Source: an uncultured Clostridia bacterium
GTDB lineage: Bacteria > Bacillota > Clostridia > Christensenellales > JAWKQI01
Direction of reading: 5' to 3'
Assembly: GCA_964453645.1 (NCBI GenBank)
Contig: CAYVRJ010000003.1
Span: forward strand, 224,302-263,831
Length of the DNA: 39,530 nt
The position numbers were made by a program, and so were the translations under genes. Of the stretch, positions 21,575 through 31,151 are shown piece by piece. The notes beneath the pieces were generated by a model. That model was not told the DNA's origin. It made no database searches and saw only the letters and a list, made by a program, of their open reading frames with translations. Numbering within the stretch: position 1 is the stretch's first letter; every line of letters starts with the position of its first letter.

Positions 21575-22872
21575 GTTCAATTTGGAGTGAATCCCTGTTT
21601 CAAAAATCTTTTCCCACATTAAAAGAAGACATTAAGACGGATGTGCTCATCATTGGGGGAGGTATGGCGGGTATTTTATGTGCCCACTTCTTAAAGGAGC
21701 GAGGTGTTGATTATGTGCTGGTGGAGGCAGACAGGGTGGGCAGCGGCATCACCAAAAATACCACAGCTAAAATCACGGCACAACACGGGCTGATATACAG
21801 CCAGCTTTTGCAAAACGCAGGGTTGGAGGGAGCCCAGCAGTATCTGAACGCTAACCTTCGAGCAATCGAGAAATACCGCAGTTTGTGCCGTTCTATGGAC
21901 TGCGATTTTGAAGAAAAGCCTGCCTTTGTGTACTCCTTGGACAACCGGTATAAGTTGGAAGATGAAGTGTGCGCTTTGGAAAAACTAAAATACAATGCTG
22001 TCATCAAAGATTCCGTCCCCTTACCTTTAAAAACGGTGGGGGCTGTGCGGTTTGAAGGGCAAGCCCAATTTAATCCCATAAAGTTTCTTGCAGAGCTGTA
22101 TAAGCAAGACTTAAATATCTATGAAAATACCTTTGTCGTCAACATTGTAGAGAACACAGCATATACCCGTCATGGCAACATAACTGCCAAATACATTGTT
22201 GTTGCCACTCATTTTCCTTTTATCAACCGTTCGGGTATGTATTTTATGAAGATGTATCAACATCGCTCTTATGTCATCGCCCTTAATAACGCACCCGATG
22301 TTTCGGGGATGTATGTGGATGAAGCCCAGTGCGGCATGTCTTTTCGCAACTATAAAGATTTTCTCTTGCTAGGCGGGGGAGACCACAAGACGGGAAAACA
22401 GGGGGGCAACTACAACGAACTGAGAGAATTTGCAAAACAACACTATCCCGAGGGAGTGGAAGAATGCCACTGGGCCACTCAGGATTGCATGAGTTTAGAC
22501 GGCGTACCCTACATCGGCAGATATTCTCGCTCCAAACCGCATATCTTTGTTGCAACTGGGTTTAACAAATGGGGCATGACATCCTCCATGGTGAGTGCAG
22601 AAATCATTTGCGACAAAATTTTAGGGGAAGACAACGAGTTTGCCGAAGTGTTCAGTCCCAGACGTTCCATGTTTAAAAAGCAATTGGCAGTAAACTTAGG
22701 GGAGACGGCAAAAAACTTCTTCTCCTTTAAAACAAAGCGATGCTCCCACTTGGGATGTGCCCTTAGCTGGAACGAGCTAGAAAAGACTTGGGATTGCCCC
22801 TGCCACGGTTCAAGATATACCAAGGACGGACAACTCATCGACAACCCGGCGAAGAAGGATTTGAATGGCTAG
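21571..22872 (+). CDS. FAD-dependent oxidoreductase with C-terminal Rieske [2Fe-2S] domain (YhfW-like)
   Basis: [14 protein letters not shown] dinucleotide fold. C-terminal CSHLGC...CPCHGS Rieske ligands. Its start overlaps the upstream stop (ATGA). Confidence 0.8.
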   Translation: MSSIWSESLFQKSFPTLKEDIKTDVLIIGGGMAGILCAHFLKERGVDYVLVEADRVGSGITKNTTAKITAQHGLIYSQLLQNAGLEGAQQYLNANLRAIEKYRSLCRSMDCDFEEKPAFVYSLDNRYKLEDEVCALEKLKYNAVIKDSVPLPLKTVGAVRFEGQAQFNPIKFLAELYKQDLNIYENTFVVNIVENTAYTRHGNITAKYIVVATHFPFINRSGMYFMKMYQHRSYVIALNNAPDVSGMYVDEAQCGMSFRNYKDFLLLGGGDHKTGKQGGNYNELREFAKQHYPEGVEECHWATQDCMSLDGVPYIGRYSRSKPHIFVATGFNKWGMTSSMVSAEIICDKILGEDNEFAEVFSPRRSMFKKQLAVNLGETAKNFFSFKTKRCSHLGCALSWNELEKTWDCPCHGSRYTKDGQLIDNPAKKDLNG

Positions 22873-23677
22873 GGGGTTTTTCGAGGGTTATTACTTTAAG
22901 CACCAAAAGGGCAGAGAGACCGTTGCCTTCATTCCGGGAAGAGCTTCAAGCGGTGCTTTTATACAAGTAATAACCAACGAAAAATCCTTTAGTATGGCTT
23001 TTGATGTAATATCTATGGGTAGCACCATCCAAATCGGGGGGTGCACCTTTTCAAAAGACGGCATTCAATTAAACAACGAAAGGCTGAAAGGTTCCATTCA
23101 ATATGCAGACATAACCCCCATTGAGTACGACATCATGGGGCCTTTTAAGATATTTCCCATGCAATGCAGGCATGGGGTGATCAGCATGTTTCACACCCTG
23201 TCGGGCAGCATTGAAATCGACGATGTGCCCTACAACTTCGACGGTGGAAGGGGATATATTGAAAAGGACAGTGGGCGATCCTTCCCCAAACGGTATGTTT
23301 GGATCCATTGCAACGATTTTGAAGAGAAGTGTTCGATTATGGCGGCTATTGCAGACATTCCCTTTTTGGGCATACACTTTATGGGTTGCATTTGCGCAGT
23401 GGTGCACGGACAGAAAGAATATCGGTTTGCCACATATTTGGGCGTGAAGATTCAACATTGCAGCAAAAACGGAATAACTCTCGTGCAGGGAAAGAATCGA
23501 TTGGAAATCGAAGTGGCTAAGAACAGTGCACACGCCCTCTACGCACCCACGAAAGGCCAGATGACGAATATGATCCACGAGAGCAACAATTCCGCAGCAC
23601 AGTTTAAACTGTACGTAGACGATAAGCTGGTGTTTCACAAGGCCAGTTATAATGTGAGTTACGAATACAATATGTAG
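22865..23677 (+). CDS. hypothetical protein, possibly tocopherol-cyclase-family-like
   Basis: N-terminal [11 protein letters not shown] recalls the FFEGWYF motif of tocopherol cyclase family proteins. Overlaps the upstream gene by 8 nt. Assignment is tentative. Confidence 0.4.
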   Translation: MARGFFEGYYFKHQKGRETVAFIPGRASSGAFIQVITNEKSFSMAFDVISMGSTIQIGGCTFSKDGIQLNNERLKGSIQYADITPIEYDIMGPFKIFPMQCRHGVISMFHTLSGSIEIDDVPYNFDGGRGYIEKDSGRSFPKRYVWIHCNDFEEKCSIMAAIADIPFLGIHFMGCICAVVHGQKEYRFATYLGVKIQHCSKNGITLVQGKNRLEIEVAKNSAHALYAPTKGQMTNMIHESNNSAAQFKLYVDDKLVFHKASYNVSYEYNM

Positions 23678-23679
23678 TT

Positions 23680-24141
23680 CTACTTTTTGTTCTCAAACAA
23701 CTGAAGCAGTTTAAAGTGGCCGTGGGTGGAGAGCATGGCGGCGAGGACACCCCTGCCGTGCTTGAGGGTTCCGCTAAAGGTACCGTCGTAAATGTGGGTC
23801 AAACCGCAGGAGGGGCTTTTGGCCATTAGGTACACCTCCGTAATGTTGTTGAGTATAAGTAATTCACAGGCCTTCTTGGCCCCCCAAATGAACTGTTCGG
23901 TGTAGTCCGTGCCATCGGCAGCAAGCACCTTTGCCTTGCCGTGGAGCACACTCAAACCATCGCCCCCTACGATTTCGCAGGGCTGACGGGGTACACTCAA
24001 TCCGCCCAGCACCTCAGGGCAAAAGAGTAAAGCGTTGTTGCTGTAATATTCAGCCATGGCCTTTTTGGAACAAGCCGCAGTTCCGTTGTAACGGCAGGGA
24101 ACGCCCGCCAAACAACTGCACACGCCAATCACAACACCCAC
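23680..24141 (-). CDS. DUF523 (TudS-like, Cys-rich) domain protein
   Basis: VIGVCSCLAGVPCRYNG matches the DUF523 Cys motif. The GTG start is either 24141 or 24132. The 24132 start has a better GAGGTGG RBS spacing. Confidence 0.6.
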   Translation of the reverse strand: MGVVIGVCSCLAGVPCRYNGTAACSKKAMAEYYSNNALLFCPEVLGGLSVPRQPCEIVGGDGLSVLHGKAKVLAADGTDYTEQFIWGAKKACELLILNNITEVYLMAKSPSCGLTHIYDGTFSGTLKHGRGVLAAMLSTHGHFKLLQLFENKK

Positions 24142-24142
24142 C

Positions 24143-26494
24143 TCATTTCAGCGTGACGACGGTGACACCCATTTCACCTTCGCCATACATTCCCGCCCGG
24201 GCGTTGGATACATGTCTGTGTCCCCGCAGATGGGTGCGAATGCCCTTCATCAGCACCCCGGTGCCCTTGCCGTGGATGATGGTAACTTCCGTTAATTTTT
24301 GCAGCGCACAGGTATCTAAATATTTATCCACTTCCATGAGAGCGCTTTCAAGGTCTAAACCACGCACGTCCACCGAAAGTTTTGCTGGTTCATTTTTAAG
24401 GGAGACAGAACCTTCACGCTTACCAGTTAGCTTCACGGGTTCTTGCAAACGCTCAAGTTCGGATATATTTACGTTGAGTTTCATCATACCCGCCATCACC
24501 GTTAAGTTACCCTTGGCATCGGGCAGGGTGAGCACAGTGCCCTTGGTGTTCACGCTTAAAATAAATACGTCCTCACCGGAAAGAAGCGTGTTAGGGTTGA
24601 TTTGGTTTTTGGCCCTCACTTGCCGTTTCTTGGTGTATTTTGCCGATTGATGTTTGTGCCGCTCCCGGGCGGTTTGCGCCGCATCGGTGATCTCTCGCTC
24701 GGAGAGGTGATCTTGCTGCTTTTTTTGCTTTAGTTCGGAAATGAGAGATTCCATCTCATCCCTTGCTTCCCGCAACAGATCGTTGGCCTTTTCCTTTGCT
24801 TTTTCAATAATCTCATCACTTTTTTGCTGTGCCCGCTCCAGTTTCTGTGCAGATTCTTGCCGCTCCCGCTCCATGAGTGCGTATTCAGCATCCAACTGTT
24901 CCTTCTTTTGCACGCTGAGCAGCCGCTCTTGTTCCGCTCGCTCCAGCACTGCCTCGAACCGCTTGTGCTCTTCGCTCAGATGGGTCTTTGCCCGCTCAAT
25001 GATGCTGTTTGGCAAACCAAGTCTTCCCGCAATTAAAAATGCGTTGGACATACCGGGAATGCCCATAAACAGCTTGTAGGTGGGGGAGAGGGTGTTTAAA
25101 TCAAACTCCATGCCTGCGTTTAGATAATAGTTTTCAGAGAGGGCGTATGCCTTAATTTCGCTGTAGTGGGTGGTGGCCAGCACCGTTGCACCAAAATACT
25201 TCATCTCTTCCAAAATGGCAATGGAAAGTGCCGCTCCCTCGGAGGGATCGGTACCCGCACCCAGTTCGTCCAGCAGGACTAAGGAATGTTCATCGGCGTT
25301 CTCTGTGATATCAATAATATTTTTCATGTGAGAGGAGAAGGTGGAGAGAGATTGTTCGATGGACTGTTCATCTCCGATATCTGCAAACACCTTTTGAAAC
25401 ACGCACATCTGTGTGCCAAATTCTGCACTCACAAAAACACCCGTCTGCATGAGCAACTGCAACAATCCAGCGAGCTTTAAGGTGACGGTCTTTCCTCCGG
25501 TGTTGGGGCCTGTTATGATCAACCCCCGGTACTCCCCGCCAATAGCGATGGACACGGGCACAACCGTCTCTTTGTTGAGCAGGGGATGCCTTCCGCTCTT
25601 GATGTTGAGGATACCCTCATCGTTGAGCTTGGGCAGCACTCCCTTTATGTTTTTTGAATACTGTGCCTTGGAAAAAATAATATCTAGCTCCACTAAGACG
25701 AGCAGATCGGTGCGCAGTTCGGTACAGTAGGGCATAAATAATTTGGACAGTTCCAGAAGAATGCGCTCAATTTCGGCTTTTTCTTCGGCCTCCAAAACCC
25801 GAAGGCGGTTGTTGGATTCCACCACAGCCATGGGCTCCACAAACAGGGTTTGTCCGCTGCCCGACTGGTCGTGGACAATGCCGGGGAGAGCACCTTTAAA
25901 CTCTTGGCGGACGGGCACAACGTATCTGCCCCCACGAAGTGTGACAATATCCTCCATTAAGTACTTGGACGTGTCGGGATTTTTAATGACAGACTGAAGT
26001 TTTTCCCGAATGCTCTCGTGCTCCGATGCGATTTTGCGCCGAATGGCGCGCAAGGCGGGGGAGGCGCTGTCGCTGACTTCGGTTTCGCTGATAATGGCGT
26101 TGTCCACAGCTTTAATGGCGTCTTCGTCGTAGAACAACCGCTTAGACATGCTGTGAAGGGAGGGGCTTTCATGTCCAATATTATTTTGAGCCAGCCGAGC
26201 AGCCTTAAACACACCGTTTAACCGCAAGAGCTCCCCACAATTCAAGGGGGAGGATGCATTTAATCTGGAAATTTCTAATGAAATATCTGAAAAACCGCAC
26301 AGGGGGTGAGAGGGCTTGGTGAGTATGATAGACAGGGCTTCATCTGTCTTTTGAAGCAACTCAGCCACTTCTGTGTAGTCGATGGAAGGTTGTAAGGAAA
26401 GGCAGGCCTGTCTGCCCAGATCGCTGTGTGCATAAGTGCTGATGATCTCTATGATCTTATCGTATTCCAGCAGTTTGAAAACTTTAGTATTCAT
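24143..26494 (-). CDS. mutS2: endonuclease MutS2 (MutS domains III-V plus C-terminal Smr)
   Basis: 783 aa. Walker A GPNTGGKT. C-terminal Smr domain (LDVRGLDLESALMEVDKYLD...IIHGKGTG). RBS AAGGAG. Confidence 0.9.
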   Translation of the reverse strand: MNTKVFKLLEYDKIIEIISTYAHSDLGRQACLSLQPSIDYTEVAELLQKTDEALSIILTKPSHPLCGFSDISLEISRLNASSPLNCGELLRLNGVFKAARLAQNNIGHESPSLHSMSKRLFYDEDAIKAVDNAIISETEVSDSASPALRAIRRKIASEHESIREKLQSVIKNPDTSKYLMEDIVTLRGGRYVVPVRQEFKGALPGIVHDQSGSGQTLFVEPMAVVESNNRLRVLEAEEKAEIERILLELSKLFMPYCTELRTDLLVLVELDIIFSKAQYSKNIKGVLPKLNDEGILNIKSGRHPLLNKETVVPVSIAIGGEYRGLIITGPNTGGKTVTLKLAGLLQLLMQTGVFVSAEFGTQMCVFQKVFADIGDEQSIEQSLSTFSSHMKNIIDITENADEHSLVLLDELGAGTDPSEGAALSIAILEEMKYFGATVLATTHYSEIKAYALSENYYLNAGMEFDLNTLSPTYKLFMGIPGMSNAFLIAGRLGLPNSIIERAKTHLSEEHKRFEAVLERAEQERLLSVQKKEQLDAEYALMERERQESAQKLERAQQKSDEIIEKAKEKANDLLREARDEMESLISELKQKKQQDHLSEREITDAAQTARERHKHQSAKYTKKRQVRAKNQINPNTLLSGEDVFILSVNTKGTVLTLPDAKGNLTVMAGMMKLNVNISELERLQEPVKLTGKREGSVSLKNEPAKLSVDVRGLDLESALMEVDKYLDTCALQKLTEVTIIHGKGTGVLMKGIRTHLRGHRHVSNARAGMYGEGEMGVTVVTLK

Positions 26495-26548
26495 ATACGC
26501 TCCTTTTCTTCATTATATTCGATTGCACAGGCATTTGCAAATTTATTG

Positions 26549-26577
26549 TTGATTAAATCTGTATTTGGGGATATAAT
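26549..26577 (+). promoter_or_regulatory. sigma-70-like promoter upstream of corA (TTGATT, 17 nt, TATAAT)
   Basis: TTGATT at 26549-26554, a 17-nt spacer, and TATAAT at 26572-26577. Confidence 0.45.
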
Positions 26578-26711
26578 TGAAAACAGAAGTTTTTGGAGGT
26601 GAAGTGATGGACGCAGACCGACATCGATGTCGAAATGCACTCAATCATATCGGGCAGCGTTCAGAAAAAATAAAGTTCGCTGCCAACTAATTTAAAAGGC
26701 GGTGAACGAAA

Positions 26712-27644
26712 TTGCTTGAAATTTTAAAAACTCTAGGATCTAGCCATGTAAAAATTGAAAAGCCCGAAGTTGGGGCTTGGGTCAATTTGTGCGACCCCAC
26801 TCAGGACGAATTGCATTCAGTGAGCGAAGCGCTGGGTGCGGATATGGATTTTTTAAGAGCTGCACTGGACGAAGAGGAGACTGCACGCATTGAATACAAA
26901 GAGAATAGCTCTTTGATCATCGTGGACATCCCCGTTTTACAGCCCGAGGAAGATTCATTTTTATATTCAACCCTTCCGCTGGGAATCATTTTAACTGAAA
27001 ATAATTTAATCACAGTTTGTTTAAAAGAATCGTCTATTTTAGAAGATTTCATGAACGGCAAAGTGCGAACCTTCGATACCTGCAAGCGAACGAGGTTTTT
27101 GCTGCAAATTCTCTTTAAAATCTCGTCCAAATACCTCATGTATTTGCGCCATATCGATAAAACGTCCACGCGAATTGAACATGCGCTGCACAAATCTATG
27201 AAGAACAGCGAATTGATTCAAATGCTGCGATTGGAAAAATCCCTGGTGTTTTTTGCCACATCCCTCAAGGCCAATGAAATTGTATTAGAAAAAATCATGC
27301 GTTCATCCGTGATCAAACGCTTTCCAGACGACACCGATCTTTTGGAAGACGTCATCATTGAAAATAAGCAGGCTATTGAGATGTGTACGATATATCGAGA
27401 CATTCTCTCGGGAACCATGGATGCCTTTGCGTCCGTTATTTCCAACAATTTAAATATTGTAATGAAGCTTTTGGCATCCATCACCATCATCATTGCGGTG
27501 CCCACCTTGTTTGCAAGTTTGTGGGGAATGAATGTGGATGTTCCCTTCATCAACATGCAAGGGGGATTTTGGGCAGTGCTTGGAATCTCCACAGTGGTGA
27601 CAGGGTTTTCAACCTGGATTCTTTGGAAAAAGAAGATGATATGA
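26712..27644 (+). CDS. corA: CorA-family magnesium/cobalt transporter
   Basis: 310 aa. C-terminal WGMNVDVPF (GMN motif) and two C-terminal TM helices. TTG start with AAGGCGGTGA upstream. Confidence 0.8.
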   Translation: MLEILKTLGSSHVKIEKPEVGAWVNLCDPTQDELHSVSEALGADMDFLRAALDEEETARIEYKENSSLIIVDIPVLQPEEDSFLYSTLPLGIILTENNLITVCLKESSILEDFMNGKVRTFDTCKRTRFLLQILFKISSKYLMYLRHIDKTSTRIEHALHKSMKNSELIQMLRLEKSLVFFATSLKANEIVLEKIMRSSVIKRFPDDTDLLEDVIIENKQAIEMCTIYRDILSGTMDAFASVISNNLNIVMKLLASITIIIAVPTLFASLWGMNVDVPFINMQGGFWAVLGISTVVTGFSTWILWKKKMI

Positions 27645-28435
27645 GTGAAACAATTAAATTCACCCCTCTGTTTTCCGGTTCTTCGGGAAACTGTGTGTTT
27701 GTCCGTGCGGGAAAGACCTGTCTTTTAATCGATGCAGGGTGTGCGGGCAGTGCCATACTGGAGGGTGTGTGTGCCATTGGGGAATGTCCTGGGGATTTGA
27801 ACGCCATCCTCATCACCCACGAACACTCGGATCACATTAAAGGTGCGGGAATCCTCTCGAGAAAACTAGATATTCCCATCTATGCCAACGAAGAGACATG
27901 GTCGGCCATGGAAGAGAAATTGGGATGTGTGAAGAGCAAAAACATTTGTATCACCGGAGATGGGTTTTATTTTGGAAGTGTGGAGATTGTTCCCTTTAAA
28001 ACGCCCCACGACAGTGCGCACTCTCAGGGGTATCGGTTGTTTTGCAAGGGCAGGAGCGTTGCAGTTGCCACGGACCTTGGGCATTTTCCCCAAAGCGTGT
28101 TTACGGCACTAAAGGGTACAGACTTAATCTTGCTGGAGTCCAATCACGATATAGAAATGCTGCGGCTCTCCAGTTATCCCATGAAGCTCAAACGCAGAAT
28201 TCTTTCAAAACATGGGCACTTGTCCAATGAAAGTGCTGCGTATGCGTCCTTGGAGTTAATTAAAAGCGGAGTGAGGGGTATTGTGCTGGGTCACTTGAGC
28301 AAGGAGAACAACACGGAGGAATTGGCGTATACAACGGTTTTGGCGCACCTGGAACGAGAAGGTGTGATGGTGGGCAGAGACGTTGCCCTCTCCATTGCCT
28401 TTCGGGATCGTTTGAGCGGAAACTTTTTTGTGTGA
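27641..28435 (+). CDS. MBL-fold metallo-hydrolase, WalJ/YycJ-like
   Basis: HEHSDH motif. N-terminal 90 aa are collinear with B. subtilis YycJ (SGSSGN...ILITHEHSDHIKG...IPIYANEETW). ATGA overlap with the corA stop. Confidence 0.85.
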   Translation: MSETIKFTPLFSGSSGNCVFVRAGKTCLLIDAGCAGSAILEGVCAIGECPGDLNAILITHEHSDHIKGAGILSRKLDIPIYANEETWSAMEEKLGCVKSKNICITGDGFYFGSVEIVPFKTPHDSAHSQGYRLFCKGRSVAVATDLGHFPQSVFTALKGTDLILLESNHDIEMLRLSSYPMKLKRRILSKHGHLSNESAAYASLELIKSGVRGIVLGHLSKENNTEELAYTTVLAHLEREGVMVGRDVALSIAFRDRLSGNFFV

Positions 28436-28447
28436 AAGGATAGATCA

Positions 28448-29389
28448 TTGAACGAAACATTACAAAGGGGAGAGCGATTCAATCAAAAACATGCGAATCT
28501 TGTTTTGATGCTGTTTGTGCTGTCGGGAATTGCAGCCAGTGTCCTTGTCACCATTTTAAGCCTCATAGATGCACAGACATTTTCTGAATTCTCCACTGCA
28601 TTTGGAATATTTTTAGAAGTTGCCTTGTATTTATTCTTGTGTGCCGTGGTGTTTCGGTTTCGGGTGGACATTAAAACTTCCCTGTCCCTGAACTGGTTTA
28701 ACATCAAGGAATTCCTGCTGATGGTCTTGGCGACTTTGCTCGTCTATATCACTGCGGCAATATTTGGATACATCGCACAAGTCATCTTTAGTTCCTTGGG
28801 TGGAGAAGTGATCGTACCGCCTGGCATTGAGGAACTGTTAAACAGCCCAGTGTGGCTTTCGGTTTTTGCACTGTGTGTTGTGGCACCCGTGTTTGAGGAA
28901 TTCTTTTTCCGGGGTGTGATATTGGGGGGGTACACCGCCCGGTACGGGATAGTAAAAGCATCTGTGTTTTCAGGATTGCTGTTTGCATTGATGCACGCAT
29001 ATTTCCCCTCAGTTATTGCTATTATTCCAGTGGGTATTGTTTTTGGCTTGATGGTGGGGTATTCCGGAAGTATATTTTTGGGCGTATTGGCGCATGGGAT
29101 ATACAATGCATTGGCATACACCCAATTGATTGACGATGTCTTGGACTTACCCGTGCACCTCTTTGAAGGGCAGTTGGGCGAATCCCTCACCCTTTTATGG
29201 ATGCTTATACTGTTGCCCGTTTGCGTATTTGGATTGATCTTTATTATCAATTACTTTAAGAAACATGCAAGACAGACTGCGTCTATCACTACGGCACGAA
29301 CATCCGATAGGGGAACGGTGTTCTTTGTGTTGGCAATTGTGATCCTTGGGATCGAGTCCCTGCTCTATACCTATATGTACCTGTGGTAA
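28448..29389 (+). CDS. CPBP-family intramembrane metalloprotease (CAAX protease/Abi)
   Basis: Motifs EEFFFRG, FALMH and HGIYN in a polytopic membrane protein. TTG start at 28448, or the ATG at 28492. Confidence 0.75.
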   Translation: MNETLQRGERFNQKHANLVLMLFVLSGIAASVLVTILSLIDAQTFSEFSTAFGIFLEVALYLFLCAVVFRFRVDIKTSLSLNWFNIKEFLLMVLATLLVYITAAIFGYIAQVIFSSLGGEVIVPPGIEELLNSPVWLSVFALCVVAPVFEEFFFRGVILGGYTARYGIVKASVFSGLLFALMHAYFPSVIAIIPVGIVFGLMVGYSGSIFLGVLAHGIYNALAYTQLIDDVLDLPVHLFEGQLGESLTLLWMLILLPVCVFGLIFIINYFKKHARQTASITTARTSDRGTVFFVLAIVILGIESLLYTYMYLW

Positions 29390-29393
29390 CCCT

Positions 29394-29855
29394 ATGCATA
29401 TTAAAATTGTATGTGTGGGCGGATTGAAGGAAAATTATTTTAAAATGGCACAAGCTGAGTATTTGAAGCGCATATCCGGCTATGCTAAGGTTGAAGTAGT
29501 TGAGGTGGGGGAGAGCAAGTTTAGGGAAACGGATCGTGGGAGGGCACAAGAGAGTGAGCAATTAATTGCCAAGGCAAAGGGCTGTGATTATGTAATAGCC
29601 TTAAAAAAAGAGGGCAAGGCCATGACCTCCGAAGAATTTTCTAAACATATTTTACGCTGTAAGCTTGACGGGAAGTCATCTTTTTGTTATATTATTGGAG
29701 GTTCTAATGGTTTTACTGAATCAGTGGACAAGTGCAGTGATTTGGTTTTAAGCTTTTCAGCCATGACAATGCCCCACCAGTTGTTTAGGATTGTGCTGTT
29801 GGAGCAAATATACCGTTGTTTTAAAATTGAGAACAACGAAACATACCATAAGTAA
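29394..29855 (+). CDS. rlmH: 23S rRNA (pseudouridine1915-N3)-methyltransferase RlmH
   Basis: 153 aa, MHIKIVCVGGLKENYFKMAQAEYLKRI... SPOUT fold. Position after walJ matches the B. subtilis yycJ...rlmH neighbourhood. Confidence 0.85.
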   Translation: MHIKIVCVGGLKENYFKMAQAEYLKRISGYAKVEVVEVGESKFRETDRGRAQESEQLIAKAKGCDYVIALKKEGKAMTSEEFSKHILRCKLDGKSSFCYIIGGSNGFTESVDKCSDLVLSFSAMTMPHQLFRIVLLEQIYRCFKIENNETYHK

Positions 29856-29859
29856 ATAT

Positions 29860-29936
29860 GTTGCTGTAGCGAAGCTGGATATCGCAACGGACTCCGACTC
29901 CGTAGATCGCAGGTTCAAATCCTGTCAGCAACGCCA
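29860..29936 (+). tRNA. tRNA-Arg (anticodon CCG)
   Basis: Manual cloverleaf. Acceptor GTTGCTG/CAGCAAC, D-stem GCGA/TCGC, anticodon stem ACGGA/TCCGT with loop CTCCGAC (T33, CCG, A37), T-stem GCAGG/CCTGT with loop TTCAAAT, discriminator G and encoded CCA. 77 nt. Confidence 0.85.
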
Positions 29937-29957
29937 GCAGGCAGAGCCTGCACCCAT

Positions 29958-29995
29958 GTTCGCGAACTAACAAAAATGGTTCGCGAATTTTTTGT
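29958..29995 (+). terminator. rho-independent terminator after tRNA-Arg (two self-complementary GTTCGCGAA copies, then a T-run)
   Basis: GTTCGCGAAC (29958-29967) pairs with GTTCGCGAAT (29979-29988) across an 11-nt loop, followed by TTTTTTG. Confidence 0.5.
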
Positions 29996-30088
29996 TCCCG
30001 CGGAGAGGCTGCATCTTTTTCGTCAGTTTTAAACACCAGCGTGACGCTGGACTCAATATCGTTAGGGAAGGTTATAAACACGAACCCC

Positions 30089-30118
30089 CCGAAACAACTT
30101 CGTTTCAGGTTTTTTTTG
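30089..30118 (+). terminator. second rho-independent terminator (GAAAC/GTTTC stem plus T8)
   Basis: CCGAAACaacttcGTTTCAGG followed by TTTTTTTTG. Confidence 0.55.
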
Positions 30119-30173
30119 TTTTTCTGGAAAAAAGGTAGCGTTAAGTTCTAGCGCCGCCTTTGCTAAGTTTATG

Positions 30174-30869
30174 TTATGGTGATGGAATCCAAATTGTCAA
30201 CGTTTCGTTGGCAACAGCATAATCACTCATCTCTTGCCCCTTTAATTCGCTATCGTAAAGATAAGCAGTCAACTCAAATTTACATTCAACTGTGGATGTT
30301 CCAATAGCGCAAATGTAATCATTAAAATCAGCACCAGCGTGACCGCTTCCAGCCATATGGAGACCTTTTGGCATAGAGAAGTTGCCTTCCACCCCATAGT
30401 AAAGTATATTTTTATCACCCGTATACTCCACAAAAACAATAAATTCGGGATGATAATAATCAAATTCATCATTGGAAGTAAAGTAAGTAAACCGAATGTC
30501 ACCCTTTTGTTCGATCTGCTTTGTATAACCGGGGTTTTCGTCAATAGAGTATAAGCTGCGGTAATCCGTCATTTCGTTCGGGTCAAAGGATTTATAATCA
30601 TAAACAGCTCTTATGTATTCTTCCGGCACTTTTTCGCCACCGGGGTTTAATGCCAGATAGGTGGCAAACCCGGCAAAGACAATGAGCACAACGATAACGC
30701 TTAGTGTCAGAAACGCCCAAGGGGAAAGCATTTTACGGGGATGTATGTTTTCGCTGTTTAGATGCTGGTTAATTCTGTTTTTGTAGACTGCCCTATATAT
30801 AACAGTAGCAGCAATGATGATGATAACGGCAATGGCGATTACTGCCAATATATTGATTAATATGCTCAT
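30174..30869 (-). CDS. hypothetical membrane-anchored protein (two N-terminal TM helices, extracytoplasmic domain of about 160 aa)
   Basis: 231-aa ORF with a GGAGACAAACAC RBS. No family recognised. Confidence 0.5.
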   Translation of the reverse strand: MSILINILAVIAIAVIIIIAATVIYRAVYKNRINQHLNSENIHPRKMLSPWAFLTLSVIVVLIVFAGFATYLALNPGGEKVPEEYIRAVYDYKSFDPNEMTDYRSLYSIDENPGYTKQIEQKGDIRFTYFTSNDEFDYYHPEFIVFVEYTGDKNILYYGVEGNFSMPKGLHMAGSGHAGADFNDYICAIGTSTVECKFELTAYLYDSELKGQEMSDYAVANETLTIWIPSP

Positions 30870-31094
30870 GTGTTTGTCTCCTTATATGCCCAAATGATCT
30901 CTGAAAATATTATAATAACTTCGCGTTACATCAACTGTTTGACCATTTGACATTGTTCGTTGAGCAAACATACCAATCCGGACAGCATTTGTTTATTCCT
31001 TTTAAATTATGTGAACCGGTTTAGCAACAAGGATACACCTTGCCACTATGATAAGGTCAAGCTTTAATTTTGAGAAGCGTGCAAACAGATTTCA

Positions 31095-31123
31095 TTGACA
31101 AAATTATAACGCTGTTATATAAT
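31095..31123 (+). promoter_or_regulatory. near-consensus promoter (TTGACA, 17 nt, TATAAT) with an embedded TATAAC-gct-GTTATA palindrome, a likely TetR autoregulatory operator
   Basis: -35 at 31095-31100 and -10 at 31118-31123. The inverted repeat at 31105-31119 lies inside the spacer. Confidence 0.5.
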
Positions 31124-31151
31124 GAAACAATATTATAAAGGAACGAAAATT

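Noticed and set aside
26580-26711. M-box (Mg) riboswitch upstream of corA
   Set aside because: I could not find the conserved M-box blocks or the expected multi-helix GC-rich structure. The leader is short and AT-rich. An Rfam scan is still needed to be sure.
27383-27640. N-terminal extension of the MBL hydrolase ORF overlapping corA (and likewise 16046-16159 for the OmdA ORF, 18086-18124 for TetR, 15925-15948 for the regulator)
   Set aside because: The internal ATGs have proper RBSs and match the homolog N-termini. The upstream extensions overlap neighbouring genes or operators.
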